Assembly (NCBI RefSeq): GCF_964355755.1
Contig: NC_092675.1
Span: 14,170,912 to 14,234,911, forward strand
Direction of reading: 5' to 3'
From: Antedon mediterranea
Taxonomy: Eukaryota; Animalia; Echinodermata
DNA: 64,000 nt
Shown: positions 28,601 through 43,600 of the stretch, in pieces
Position numbering within the stretch: the stretch's first letter is position 1
Layout of the letters: every line of letters starts with the position of its first letter
The notes under the pieces: model-generated
Database searches by the model: none
What the model was told of the DNA's origin: nothing
Seen by the model: only the letters and a program-made list of their open reading frames with translations
Program-made: the position numbers and the translations under genes

Positions 28601-31600
28601 TTTTAGACCATTTTGTGATTTTCGAAAAAACTTGTTAACATAAAAACACCAAAGTGCTTAGAATAGCTTCAAATCGCATTTGGAGACGTTTTAGACCATT
28701 TTGTGCATTTCGATGAAACTTGGTTACACAAAAACATCAAAGATCTTAAAATCACATTATAAATCGTTTTAGACCATTTTGTGCATTTCGACAAAACTTT
28801 TTCACACAAAATACCAAAGTGCTTAGAATAGCTTCAAATCGCATTTGGAGACGTTTTAGACCATTTTGTGATTTTCGAAAAAACTTGTTAACATAAAAAC
28901 ACCAAAGTGCTTAGAATAGCTTCAAATAACATTTGGAGACGTTTTAGACCATTTTGTGATTTTAGAAAAAACTTGTTAACATAAAAACACCAAAGTGCTT
29001 AGAATAGCTTCAAATCGCATTTGGAAGCGTTTTAGACCATTTTGTGATTTTCGAAAAAACTTGGTTACACAAAAACATCAAAGTGCTTAAAATCACATTA
29101 TAAACCTTTTTAGACCATTTTGAGCATTTCGATAACACTTTTCACACAAAAACATCATAGAGCACAAAATAGCTTAATATCGTATTTAAAAACGTTTTAG
29201 ACCATTTTGAGCATTTCGACAAAACTTGTTAACATAAAAACACCAAAGTGCTTAGAATGGCTTCAATCGCATTTGGAGACGCTTTAGACCATTTTGTGAT
29301 TTTCGAAAAAAATTGTTAACATAAAAACACCAAAGTGCTTAGAATCACATTATAAACCGTTTTAGACCATTTTGAGCATTTCGATAACAATTTTCACACA
29401 AAAACATCAAAGAGCACAAAATAGCTTAATATCGTATTTAAAAATGTTTTAGACCATTTTGAGCATTTAGAAAAAACTTTTTCACACAAAACACCAAAGT
29501 ACTTAGAATAGCTTCAAATCGTATTTGGAGACGTTTTAGACCATTTTGAGATTTTCGAAAAAACTTGGTTACACAAAAACATCAAAGTGCTTAAAATCAC
29601 ATTATAAACCGTTTCACACAAAAACATCAAAGAGCACAAAATAGCTTAATATCGTATTTAAAAACGTTTTAGACCATTTTGAGCATTTCGACAAAACTTT
29701 TTCACACAAAACACCAAAGTGCTTAGAATAGCTTCAAATCGCATTTGGAGACGTTTTAGACCATTTTGTGATTTTCAAAAAAACTTGCTAACATAAAAAC
29801 ACCAAAGTGCTTAGAATAGCTTAATATCGTATTTAAAAATGTTTTAGACCATTTTGAGCATTTAGATAAAACTTTTTCACACAAAACACCAAAGTGCTTA
29901 GAATAGCTTCAAATCGCATTTGGAGACGTTTTAGACCATTTTGTGATTTTTGAAAAAACTTGTAAACATAAAAACACCAAAGTGCTTAGAATAGCTTCAA
30001 ATCACATTTGGAGACGTTTTAGACCATTTTGTGATTTTCGAAAAAACTTTTTAACATAAAAACACCAAAGTGCTTAGAATAGCTTCAAATCACATTTGGA
30101 GACGTTTTAGACCATTTTGTGATTTTCGAAAAAACTTGTTAACATAAAAACACGAAAGTGCTTAGAATAGCTTCAAATCGCATTTGGAAACGTTTTAGAC
30201 CATTTTGTGATTTTCGAAAAAAATTGTTAACATAAAAACACCAAAGTGCTTAGAATCACATTATAAACCGTTTTAGACCATTTTGAGCATTTCGATAACA
30301 ATTTTCACACAAAAACATCAAAGAGCACAAAATAGCTTAATATCGTATTTAAAAATGTTTTAGACCATTTTGAGCATTTAGATAAAACTTTTTCACACAA
30401 AACACCAAAGTGCTTAGAATAGCTTCAAATCGCATTTGGAGACGTTTTAGACCATTTTGTGATTTTTGAAAAAACTTGTTAACATAAAAACACCAAAGTG
30501 CTTAGAATAGCTTCAAATCACATTTGGAGACGTTTTAGACCATTTTGTGATTTTCGAAAAAACTTGTTAACATAAAAACACGAAAGTGCTTAGAATAGCT
30601 TCAAATCACATTTAGAGACGTTTTAGACCATTTTGTGATTTTTGAAAAAACTTGTTAACATAAAAACACGAAAGTGCTTAGAATAGCTTCAAATCGCATT
30701 TGGAAACGTTTTAGACCATTTTGTGATTTTCGAAAAAGATTGTTAACATAAAAACACCAAAGTGCTTAGAATCACATTATAAACCGTTTTAGACCATTTT
30801 GAGCATTTCGATAACAATTTTCACACAAAAACATCAAAGAGCACAAAATAGCTTAATATCGTATTTAAAAATGTTTTAGACCATTTTGAGCATTTAGATA
30901 AAACTTTTTCACACAAAACACCAAAGTGCTTAGAATAGCTTCAAATCGTATTTGGAGACGTTTTAGACCATTTTGAGATTTTCGAAAAAACTTGGTTACA
31001 CAAAAACATCAAAGTGCTTAAAATCACATTATAAACCGTTTTAGACCATTTTGAGCATTTCGATAACACTTTTCACACAAAAACATCAAAGAGCACAAAA
31101 TAGCTTAATATCGTATTTAAAAACGTTTTAGACCATTTTGAGCATTTCGACAAAACTTTTTCACACAAAACACCAAAGTGCTTAGAATAGCTTCAAATCG
31201 CATTTGGAGACGTTTTAGACCATTTTGTGATTTTCAAAAAAACTTGCTAACATAAAAACACCAAAGTGCTTAGAATAGCTTAATATCGTATTTAAAAATG
31301 TTTTAGACCATTTTGAGCATTTAGATAAAACTTTTTCACACAAAACACCAAAGTGCTTAGAATAGCTTCAAATCGCATTTGGAGACGTTTTAGACCATTT
31401 TGTGATTTTTGAAAAAACTTGTAAACATAAAAACACCAAAGTGCTTAGAATAGCTTCAAATCACATTTGGAGACGTTTTAGACCATTTTGTGATTTTCGA
31501 AAAAACTTTTTAACATAAAAACACCAAAGTGCTTAGAATAGCTTCAAATCACATTTGGAGACGTTTTAGACCATTTTGTGATTTTCGAAAAAACTTGTTA

Positions 31601-34600
31601 ACATAAAAACACGAAAGTGCTTAGAATAGCTTCAAATCGCATTTGGAAACGTTTTAGACCATTTTGTGATTTTCGAAAAAAATTGTTAACATAAAAACAC
31701 CAAAGTGCTTAGAATCACATTATAAACCGTTTTAGACCATTTTGAGCATTTCGATAACAATTTTCACACAAAAACATCAAAGAGCACAAAATAGCTTAAT
31801 ATCGTATTTAAAAATGTTTTAGACCATTTTGAGCATTTAGATAAAACTTTTTCACACAAAACACCAAAGTGCTTAGAATAGCTTCAAATCGCATTTGGAG
31901 ACGTTTTAGACCATTTTGTGATTTTTGAAAAAACTTGTTAACATAAAAACACCAAAGTGCTTAGAATAGCTTCAAATCACATTTGGAGACGTTTTAGACC
32001 ATTTTGTGATTTTCGAAAAAAATTGTTAACATAAAAACACCAAAGTGCTTAGAATCACATTATAAACCGTTTTAGACCATTTTGAGCATTTCGATAACAA
32101 TTTTCACACAAAAACATCAAAGAGCACAAAATAGCTTAATATCGTATTTAAAAATGTTTTAGACCATTTTGAGCATTTAGATAAAACTTTTTCACACAAA
32201 ACACCAAAGTGCTTAGAATAGCTTCAAATCGCATTTGGAGACGTTTTAGACCATTTTGTGATTTTTGAAAAAACTTGTTAACATAAAAACACCAAAGTGC
32301 TTAGAATAGCTTCAAATCACATTTGGAGACGTTTTAGACCATTTTGTGATTTTCGAAAAAACTTGTTAACATAAAAACACGAAAGTGCTTAGAATAGCTT
32401 CAAATCACATTTAGAGACGTTTTAGACCATTTTGTGATTTTTGAAAAAACTTGTTAACATAAAAACACGAAAGTGCTTAGAATAGCTTCAAATCGCATTT
32501 GGAAACGTTTTAGACCATTTTGTGATTTTCGAAAAAGATTGTTAACATAAAAACACCAAAGTGCTTAGAATCACATTATAAACCGTTTTAGACCATTTTG
32601 AGCATTTCGATAACAATTTTCACACAAAAACATCAAAGAGCACAAAATAGCTTAATATCGTATTTAAAAATGTTTTAGACCATTTTGAGCATTTAGATAA
32701 AACTTTTTCACACAAAACACCAAAGTGCTTAGAATAGCTTCAAATCGTATTTGGAGACGTTTTAGACCATTTTGAGATTTTCGAAAAAACTTGGTTACAC
32801 AAAAACATCAAAGTGCTTAAAATCACATTATAAACCGTTTTAGACCATTTTGAGCATTTCGATAACACTTTTCACACAAAAACATCAAAGAGCACAAAAT
32901 AGCTTAATATCGTATTTAAAAACGTTTTAGACCATTTTGAGCATTTCGACAAAACTTTTTCACACAAAACACCAAAGTGCTTAGAATAGCTTCAAATCGC
33001 ATTTGGAGACGTTTTAGACCATTTTGTGATTTTCAAAAAAACTTGCTAACATAAAAACACCAAAGTGCTTAGAATAGCTTAATATCGTATTTAAAAATGT
33101 TTTAGACCATTTTGAGCATTTAGATAAAACTTTTTCACACAAAACACCAAAGTGCTTAGAATAGCTTCAAATCGCATTTGGAGACGTTTTAGACCATTTT
33201 GTGATTTTTGAAAAAACTTGTAAACATAAAAACACCAAAGTGCTTAGAATAGCTTCAAATCACATTTGGAGACGTTTTAGACCATTTTGTGATTTTCGAA
33301 AAAACTTTTTAACATAAAAACACCAAAGTGCTTAGAATAGCTTCAAATCACATTTGGAGACGTTTTAGACCATTTTGTGATTTTCGAAAAAACTTGTTAA
33401 CATAAAAACACGAAAGTGCTTAGAATAGCTTCAAATCGCATTTGGAAACGTTTTAGACCATTTTGTGATTTTCGAAAAAAATTGTTAACATAAAAACACC
33501 AAAGTGCTTAGAATCACATTATAAACCGTTTTAGACCATTTTGAGCATTTCGATAACAATTTTCACACAAAAACATCAAAGAGCACAAAATAGCTTAATA
33601 TCGTATTTAAAAATGTTTTAGACCATTTTGAGCATTTAGATAAAACTTTTTCACACAAAACACCAAAGTGCTTAGAATAGCTTCAAATCGCATTTGGAGA
33701 CGTTTTAGACCATTTTGTGATTTTTGAAAAAACTTGTTAACATAAAAACACCAAAGTGCTTAGAATAGCTTCAAATCACATTTGGAGACGTTTTAGACCA
33801 TTTTGTGATTTTCGAAAAAACTTGTTAACATAAAAACACGAAAGTGCTTAGAATAGCTTCAAATCACATTTAGAGACGTTTTAGACCATTTTGTGATTTT
33901 TGGAAAAACTTGTTAACATAAAAACACGAAAGTGCTTAGAATAGCTTCAAATCGCATTTGGAAACGTTTTAGACCATTTTGTGATTTTCGAAAAAGATTG
34001 TTAACATAAAAACACCAAAGTGCTTAGAATCACATTATAAACCGTTTTAGACCATTTTGAGCATTTCGATAACAATTTTCACACAAAAACATCAAAGAGC
34101 ACAAAATAGCTTAATATCGTATTTAAAAATGTTTTAGACCATTTTGAGCATTTAGATAAAACTTTTTCACACAAAACACCAAAGTGCTTAGAATAGCTTC
34201 AAATCGCATTTGGAGACGTTTTAGACCATTTTGTGATTTTTGAAAAAACTTGTTAACATAAAAACACCAAAGTGCTTAGAATAGCTTCAAATCACATTTG
34301 GAGACGTTTTAGACCATTTTGTGATTTTCGAAAAAACTTGTTAACATAAAAACACGAAAGTGCTTAGAATAGCTTCAAATTGCATTTGGAAACGTTTGAG
34401 ACCATTTTGTGATTTTCGAAAAAACTTGTTAACATAAAAACACGAAAGTGCTTAGGATAGCTTGAAATCGCATTTGGAAACGTTTTAGACCATTTTGTGA
34501 TTTTCGAAAAAAATTGTTAACATAAAAACACCAAAGTTTTTAGAATAGCTTCAAATCGCATTTGGAGACGTTTTAGACCAATTTGTGATTTTCGAAAAAA

Positions 34601-37600
34601 CTTATCAACATAAAAACACCAAAGGGTTTAGAATAGCTTCAAATCGCATTTGGAGACGTTTTAGACCATTTTGTGATTTTCGAAAAAACTTGTTAACATA
34701 AAAACACGAAAGTGCTTAGAATAGCTTCAAATCGCATTTGGAAACGTTTTAGACCATTTTGTGATTTTCGAAAAAACTTGTTAACATAAAAACATGAAAG
34801 TGCTTAGAATAGCTTCAAATCGTATTTGGAGACGTTTTAGACCATTTTGTGATTTTCGAAAAAACTTGTTAACATAAAAACACCAAAGTGCTTAGAATAG
34901 CTTCAAATCGCATTTGGAGACGTTTTAGACCATTTTGTGCATTTCGATGAAACTTGGTTACACAAAAACATCAAAGTGCTTAAAATCACATTATAAACCA
35001 TTTTAGACCATTTTGAGCATTTCGATAACACTTTTCACACAAAAACATCAAAGAGCACAAAATAGCTTAATATCGTATTTAAAAACGTTTTAGACCATTT
35101 TGAGCATTTCGACAAAAACTTTTTCACACAAAACACCAAAGTGCTTAGAATAGCTTCAAATCGCATTTGGAGACGTTTTAGACCATTTTGTGATTTTCGA
35201 AAAAACTTGTTAACATAAAAACATCAAAGTGTACAGAATAACTTCAAATCGCATTTGGAGACCGTTTTAGGCCAATTTGTGATTTTCGAAAAAACTTGTT
35301 AACCTAAAAATACCAAAGTGTTTAGAATAGCTTCAAATCGCATTTGGAGACGTTTTAGACCATTTTGTGATTTTCGAAAAAACTTGTTAACATAAAAACA
35401 CCAAAGTGCTTCAAATCGCATTTGGAGACATTTTAGACCAATTTGTGATTTTTGAAAAAACTTGTTAACATAAATACACCAAAGTGCTTACAATAGCTTC
35501 AAATCGTATTTGGAGACGTTTTAGACCATTTTGTGATTTTCGAAAAAACTTGTTAACATAAAAACACCAAAGTACTTAGAATAGCTTCAAATCGCATTTG
35601 GAGACGTTTTAGACCATTTTGTGCATTTCGATGAAACTTGGTTACACAAAAACATCAAAGTGCTTAAAATCACATTATAATCCGTTTTAGACCATTTTGA
35701 GCATTTCGATAACACTTTTCACACAAAAACATCAAAGAGCACAAAATAGCTTAATATCGTATTTAAAAACGTTTTAGACCATTTTGAGCATTTCGACAAA
35801 ACTTTTTCACACAAAACACCAAAGTGCTTAGAATAGCTTCAAATCGCATTTGGAGACGTTTTAGACCACTTTGTGATTTTCGAAAAAACTTGTTAACATA
35901 AAAACATCAAAGTGTACAGAATAGCTTCAAATCGCATTTGGAGACCTTTTAGGCCAATTTGTGATTTTCGAAAAAACTTGTTAACCTAAAAATACCAAAG
36001 TGTTTCGAATAGCTTCAAATCGTATTTGGAGACGTTTTAGACAATTTTGTGATTTTCGAAAAAACTTGTTAACATAAAAACACCAAAGTGCTTAGAATAG
36101 CTTCAAATCGTATTTGGAGACGTTTTAGACCATTTTGTGATTTTCGAAAAAACTTGTTAACATAAAAACACCAAAGAGCTTAGAATAGCTTCAAATCGCA
36201 TTTGGAGACGTTTTAGACCATTTTGTGCATTTCGATGAAACTTGGTTACACAAAAACATCAAAGTGCTTAAAATCACATTATAAACCATTTTAGACCATT
36301 TTGAGCATTTCGATAACACTTTTCACACAAAAACATCAAAGAGCACAAAATAGCTTAATATCGTATTTAAAAACGTTTTAGACCATTTTGAGCATTTCGA
36401 CAAAACTTTTTCACACAAAACACCAAAGTGCTTAGAATAGCTTCAAATCGCATTTGGAGACGTTTTAGACCATTTTGTGATTTTCGAAAAAACTTGTTAA
36501 CATAAAAACACCAAAGTGCTTAGAATAGCGTCAAATCGTATTTGGAGACGTTTTAGACCATTTTGTGATTTTCGAAAAAACTTGTTAACATAAAAACACG
36601 AAAGTGCTTAGAATAGCTTCAAATCGCATTTGGTGACCGTTTTAGGCCAATTTGTGATTTTCGAAAAAACTTGTTAACCTAAAAATACCAAAGTGTTTAG
36701 AATAGCTTCAAATCGCATTTGGAGACGTTTTAGACCATTTTGTGATTTTCGAAAAAACTTGTTAACATAAAAACACGAAAGTGCTTAGAATAGCTTCAAA
36801 TCACATTTGGAGACGTTTTAGACCATTTTGTGATTTTCGAAAAAACTTATCAACATAAAAACACCAAAGGGTTTAGAATATCTTCAAATCGCATTTGGAG
36901 ACGTTTTAGACCATTTTGTGATTTTCGAAAAAAATTGTTAACATAAAAACATCAAAGTGTACAGAATAGCTTCAAATCGCATTTGGAGACCTTTTAGGCC
37001 AATTTGTGATTTTCGAAAAAACTTGTTAACCTAAAAATACCAAAGTGTTTCGAATAGCTTAAAATCGCATTTGGAGACGTTTTAGGCCATTTTGTGATTT
37101 TCGAAAAAACTTTTTAACATAAAAACACCAAAGTGCTTAGAATAGCTTCAAATCGCATTTGGAGACGTTTTAGACCATTTTGTGATTTTTGAAAAAACTT
37201 GTTAACATAAAAACACCAAAGTGCTTAGAATAGCTTCAAATCGTATTTGGAGTCGTTTTAGACCATTTTGTGCATTTCGATGAAACTTGGTTACACAAAA
37301 ACATCAAAGTGCTTAAAATCACATTATAAACCATTTTAGACCATTTTGAGCATTTCGATAACACTTTTCACACAAAAACATCAAAGAGCACAAAATAGCT
37401 TAATATCGTATTTAAAAACGTTTTAGACCATTTTGAGCATTTCGACAAAACTTTTTCACACAAAACACCAAAGTGCTTAGAATAGCTTCAAATCGCATTT
37501 GGAGACGTTTTTGACCAATTTGTGATTTTTGAAAAAACTTGTTAACATAAAAACACCAAAGTGCTTACAATAGCTTCAAATCGTATTTGGAGACGTTTTA

Positions 37601-40600
37601 GACCATTTTGTGATTTTCGAAAAAACTTGTTAACATAAAAACACCAAAGTACTTAGAATAGCTTCAAATCGCATTTGGAGACGTTTTAGACCATTTTGTG
37701 CATTTCGATGAAACTTGGTTACACAAAAACATCAAAGTGCTTAAAATCACATTATAAACCGTTTTAGACCATTTGAGCATTTCGATAACACTTTTCACAC
37801 AAAAACATCAAAGAGCACAAAATAGCTTAATATCGTATTTAAAAACGTTTTAGACCATTTTGAGCATTTCGACAAAACTTTTTCACACAAAACACCAAAG
37901 TGCTTAGAATAGCTTCAAATCGCATTTGGAGACGTTTTAGACCAATTTGTGCATTTCAATGAAACTTGGTTACACAAAAACATCAAAGTGCTTAAAATCA
38001 CATTATAAATCGTTTTAGACCATTTTGAGCATTTTGATAACACTTTCACACAAAAACATCAAAGAGCACAAAATAGCTTAATATCGTATTTAAAAACGTT
38101 TTAGACCATTTTGAGCATTTCGACAAAACTTGTTATCATAAAAACACCAAAGTGTTTAGAATAGCGTCAAATCGTATTTGGAGACGTTTTAGACCATTTT
38201 GTGATTTTCGAAAAAACTTGTTAACATAAAAACACCAAAGTGCTTAGAATAGCTTCAAATCGCATTTGGAGACGTTTTAGACCATTTTGTGCATTTCGAT
38301 GAAACTTGGTTACACAAAAACATCAAAGTGCTTAAAATCACATTATAAATCGTTTTAGACCATTTTGTGCATTTCGACAAAACTTTTTCACACAAAATAC
38401 CAAAGTGCTTAGAATAGCTTCAAATCGCATTTGGAAGCGTTTTAGACCATTTTGTGATTTTCGAAAAAAATTGTTAACATAAAAACACCAAAGTGCTTAG
38501 AATCACATTATAAACCGTTTTAGACCATTTTGAGCATTTTGATAACACTTTTCACACAAAAACATCAAAGAGCACAGAATAGCTTAATATCGTATTTAAA
38601 AACGTTTTAGACCATTTTGAGCATTTAGACAAAACTTTTTCACACAAAACACCAAAGTGCTTAGAATAGCTTCAAATCGCATTTGGAGACGTTTTAGAAC
38701 ATTTTGTGTTTTTCGAAAAAAACTGTTAACATAAAAACACCAAAGTGCTTAGAATAGCTTCAAATCGCATTTGAAGACGCTTTAGACCATTTTGTGATTT
38801 TCGAAAAAAATTGTTAACATAAAAACACCAAAGTGCTTAGAATCACATTATAAACCGTTTTAGACCATTTTGAGCATTTCGATAACAATTTTCACACAAA
38901 AACATCAAAGAGCACAAAATAGCTTAATATCGTATTTAAAAATGTTTTAGACCATTTTGAGCATTTAGAAAAAACTTTTTCACACAAAACACCAAAGTGC
39001 TTAGAATAGCTTCAAATCGTATTTGGAGACGTTTTAGACCATTTTGAGATTTTCGAAAAAATTTGTTAACATAAAAACACAAAAGTGCTTAGAATAGCGC
39101 CAAATCGTATTTGGAGACGTTTTAGACCATTTTGTGATTTTCGAAAAAACTTGTTAACATAAAAACACCAAAGTGCTTAGAATCACATTATAAACCGTTT
39201 TAGACCATTTTGAGCATTTCGATAACAATTTTCACACAAAAACATCAAAGAGCACAAAATAGCTTAATATCGTATTTAAAAATGTTTTAGACCATTTTGA
39301 GCATTTAGATAAAACTTTTTCACACAAAACACCAAAGTGCTTCAAATCGCATTTGGAGACGTTTTAGACCATTTTGTGATTTTTGAAAAAACTTGTTAAC
39401 ATAAAAACACCAAAGTGCTTAGAATAGCTTCATATCACATTTGGAGACGTTTTAGACCATTTTGTGATTTTCGAAAAAACTTGTTAACATAAAAACACGA
39501 AAGTGCTTAGAATAGCTTCAAATCGCATTTGGAAATGTTTTAGACCATTTTGATTTTGTGATTTTCGAAAAAACTTGTTAACATAAAAACACGAAAGTGC
39601 TTAGAATAGCTTCAAATCGCATTTGGAAACGTTTTAGACCATTTTGTGATTTTCGAAAAAAATTGTTAACATAAAAACACCAAAGTGTTTAGAATAGCTT
39701 CAAATCGCATTTGGAGACGTTTTAGACCAATTTGTGATTTTCGAAAAAACTTATCAACATAAAAACACCAAAGGGTTTAGAATAGCTTCAAATCGCATTT
39801 GGAGAAGTTTTAGACCATTTTGTGATTTTCGAAAAAACTTGTTAACATAAAAACATGAAAGTGCTTAGAATAGCTTCAAATCGCATTTGGAAACGTTTTA
39901 GACCATTTTGTGATTTTTGAAAAAACTTGTTAACATAAAAACACCAAAGTGCTTAGAATAGCGTCAAATCGTATTTGGAGACGTTTTAGACCATTTTGTT
40001 ATTTTTGAAAAAACTTGTTAACATAAAAACACCAAAGTGCTTAGAATAGCTTCAAATCGCATTTGGAGACGTTTTAGACCATTTTGTGCATTTCGATGAA
40101 ACTTGGTTACACAAAAGCATCAAAGTGCTTAAAATCACATTATAAATCGTTTTAGACCATTTTGAGCATATAGATAAAACTTTTTCACACAAAACACCAA
40201 AGTGCTTAGAATAGCTTCAAATCGCATTTGGAGACGTTTTAGACCATTTTGTGGTTTTTGAAAAAACTTGTTAACATAAAAACACCAAAGTGCTTAGAAT
40301 AGCTTCAAATCGCATTTGGAGACGTTTTAGACCATTTTGTGATTTTCGAAAAAACTTTTTAACATAAAAACATCAAAGTGTACAGAATAGCTTCAAATCG
40401 CATTTGGAGACGTTTTAGACCAATTTGTGATTTTCGAAAAAACTTGTTAACATAAAAACACCAAAGTGCTTAGAATAGATTCAAATCGTATTTGGAGACG
40501 TTTTAGACCATTTTGTGATTTTCGAAAAAACTTGTTAACATAAAAACACCAAAGTGCTTAGAATTGCTTCAAATCGCATTTGGAGACGTTTTAGACCATT

Positions 40601-43600
40601 TTGTGCATTTCGATGAAACTTGGTTACACAAAAACATCAAAGTGCTTAAAATCACATTATAAACCATTTTAGACCATTTTGAGCATTTCGATAACACTTT
40701 TCACACAAAAACATCAAAGAGCACAAAATAGCTTAATATCGTATTTAAAAACGTTTTAGACCATTTTGAGCATTTCGACAAAACTTTTTCACACAAAACA
40801 CCAAAGTGCTTAGAATAGCTTCAAATCGCATTTGGAGACGTTTTAGACCATTTTGTGATTTTCGAAAAAACTTGTTAACATAAAAACATCAAAGTGTACA
40901 GAATAACTTCAAATCGCATTTGGAGACCGTTTTAGGCCAATTTGTGATTTTCGAAAAAACTTGTTAACCTAAAAATACCAAAGTGTTTAGAATAGCTTCA
41001 AATTGCATTTGGAGACATTTTAGACCAATTTGTGATTTTTGAAAAAACTTGTTAACATAAAAACACCAAAGTGCTTACAATAGCTCCAAATCGTATTTGG
41101 AGACCTTTTAGACCATTTTGTGATTTTCGAAAAAACTTGTTAACATAAAAACACCAAAGTGCTTAGAATAGCTTCAAATCGCATTTGGAGACGTTTTAGA
41201 CCAATTTGTGCATTTCAATGAAACTTGGTTACACAAAAACATCAAAGTGCTTAAAATCACATTATAAATCGTTTTAGACCATTTTGAGCATTTTGATAAC
41301 ACTTTTCACACAAAAACATCAAAGAGCACAAAATAGCTTAATATCGTATTTAAAAACGTTTTAGACCATTTTGAGAATTTCGACAAAACTTGTTAACATA
41401 AAAACACCAAAGTGCTTAGAATAGCGTCAAATCGTATTTGGAGACGTTTTAGACCATTTTGTGATTTTCGAAAAAACTTGTTAACATAAAAACACCAAAG
41501 TGCTTAGAATAGCTTCAAATCGCATTTGGAGACGTTTTAGACCATTTTGTGCATTTCGATGAAACTTGGTTACACAAAAACATCAAAGTGCTTAAAATCA
41601 CATTATAAATCGTTTTAGACCATTTTGTGCATTTCGACAAAACTTTTTCACACAAAATACCAAAGTGCTTAGAATAGCTTCAAATCGCATTTGGAGACGT
41701 TTTAGACCATTTTGTGATTTTCGAAAAAACTTTTTAACATAAAAACACCAAAGTGCTTAGAATAGCTTCAAATCACATTTGGAGACGTTTTAGACCATTT
41801 TGTGATTTTCGAAAAAACTTGTTAACATAAAAACACGAAAGTGCTTAGAATAGCTTCAAATCGCATTTGGAAGCGTTTTAGACCATTTTGTGATTTTCGA
41901 AAAAAATTGTTAACATAAAAACACCAAAGTGCTTAGAATCACATTATAAACCGTTTTAGACCATTTTGAGCATTTCGATAACACTTTTCACACAAAAACA
42001 TCAAAGAGCACAAAATAGCTTAATATCGTATTTAAAAACGTTTTAGACCATTTTGAGCATTTAGACAAAACTTTTTCACACAAAACACCAAAGTGCTTAG
42101 AATAGCTTCAAATCGCATTTGGAGACGTTTTAGAACATTTTGTGTTTTTCGAAAAAAACTGTTAACATAAAAACACCAAAGTCCTTAGAATAGCTTCAAA
42201 TCGCATTTGGAGACGCTTTAGACCATTTTGTGATTTTCGGAAAAAATGGTTAACATAAAAACACCAAAGTGCTTAGAATCACATTATAAACCGTTTTAGA
42301 CCATTTTGAGCATTTCGATAACAATTTTCACACAAAAACATCAAAGAGCACAAAATAGCTTAATATCGTATTTAAAAATGTTTTAGACCATTTTGAGCAT
42401 TTAGAAAAAACTTTTTCACACAAAACACCAAAGTGCTTAGAATAGCTTCAAGTCGTATTTGGAGACGTTTTAGACCATTTTGAGATTTTCGAAAAAACTT
42501 GTTAACATAAAAACACCAAAGTGCTTAGAATAGCGTCAAATCGTATTTGGAGACGTTTTAGACCATTTTGTGATTTTCGAAAAAACTTGTTAACATAAAA
42601 ACACGAAAGTGCTTAGAATAGCTTCAAATCGCATTTGGAGACGTTTTAAACCATTTTGTGCATTTCGATGAAACTTGGTTACACAAAAATATCAAAGTGC
42701 TTAAAATCACATTATAAATCGTTTTAGACCATTTTGAGCATTTAGATAAAACTTTTTCACACAAAACACCAAAGTGCTTAGAATAGCTTCAAATCGCATT
42801 TGGAGACGTTTTAGACCATTTTGTGATTTTTGAAAAAACTTGTTAACATAAAAACACCAAAGTGCTTAGAATAGCTTCAAATCGCATTTGGAGACGTTTT
42901 AGACCATTTTGTGATTTTCGAAAAAACTTTTTAACATAAAAACATCAAAGTGTACAGAATAGCTTCAAATCGCATTTGGAGACGTTTTAGACCAATTTGT
43001 GATTTTCGAAAAAACTTATTAACATAAAAATACCAAAGTGTTTAGAATAGCTTAAAATCGCATTTGGAGACGTTTTAGACCATTTTCTGATTTTCGAAAA
43101 AACTTGTTAACATAAAAACACCAAAGTGCTTAGAATAGCTTCAAATCGCATTTGGAGACGTTTTAGACCATTTTGTGATTTTTTAAAAAACTTGTTAACA
43201 TAAAAACACCAAAGTGCTTAGAATAGCTTCAAATCGTATTTGGAGACGTTTTAGACCATTTTGTGATTTTCGAAAAAACTTGTTAACATAAAAACACGAA
43301 AGTGCTTAGAATAGCTTCAAATCGCATTTGGAGACGTTTTAAACCATTTTGTGCATTTCGATGAAACTTGGTTACATAAAAATATCAAAGTGCTTAAAAT
43401 CACATTATAAATCGTTTTAGACCATTTTGAGCATTTAGATAAAACTTTTTCACACAAAACACCAAAGTGCTTAGAATAGCTTCAAATCGCATTTGGAGAC
43501 GTTTTAGACCATTTTGTGATTTTTGAAAAAACTTGTTAACATAAAAACACCAAAGTGCTTAGAATAGCTTCAAATCGCATTTGGAGACGTTTTAGACCAT

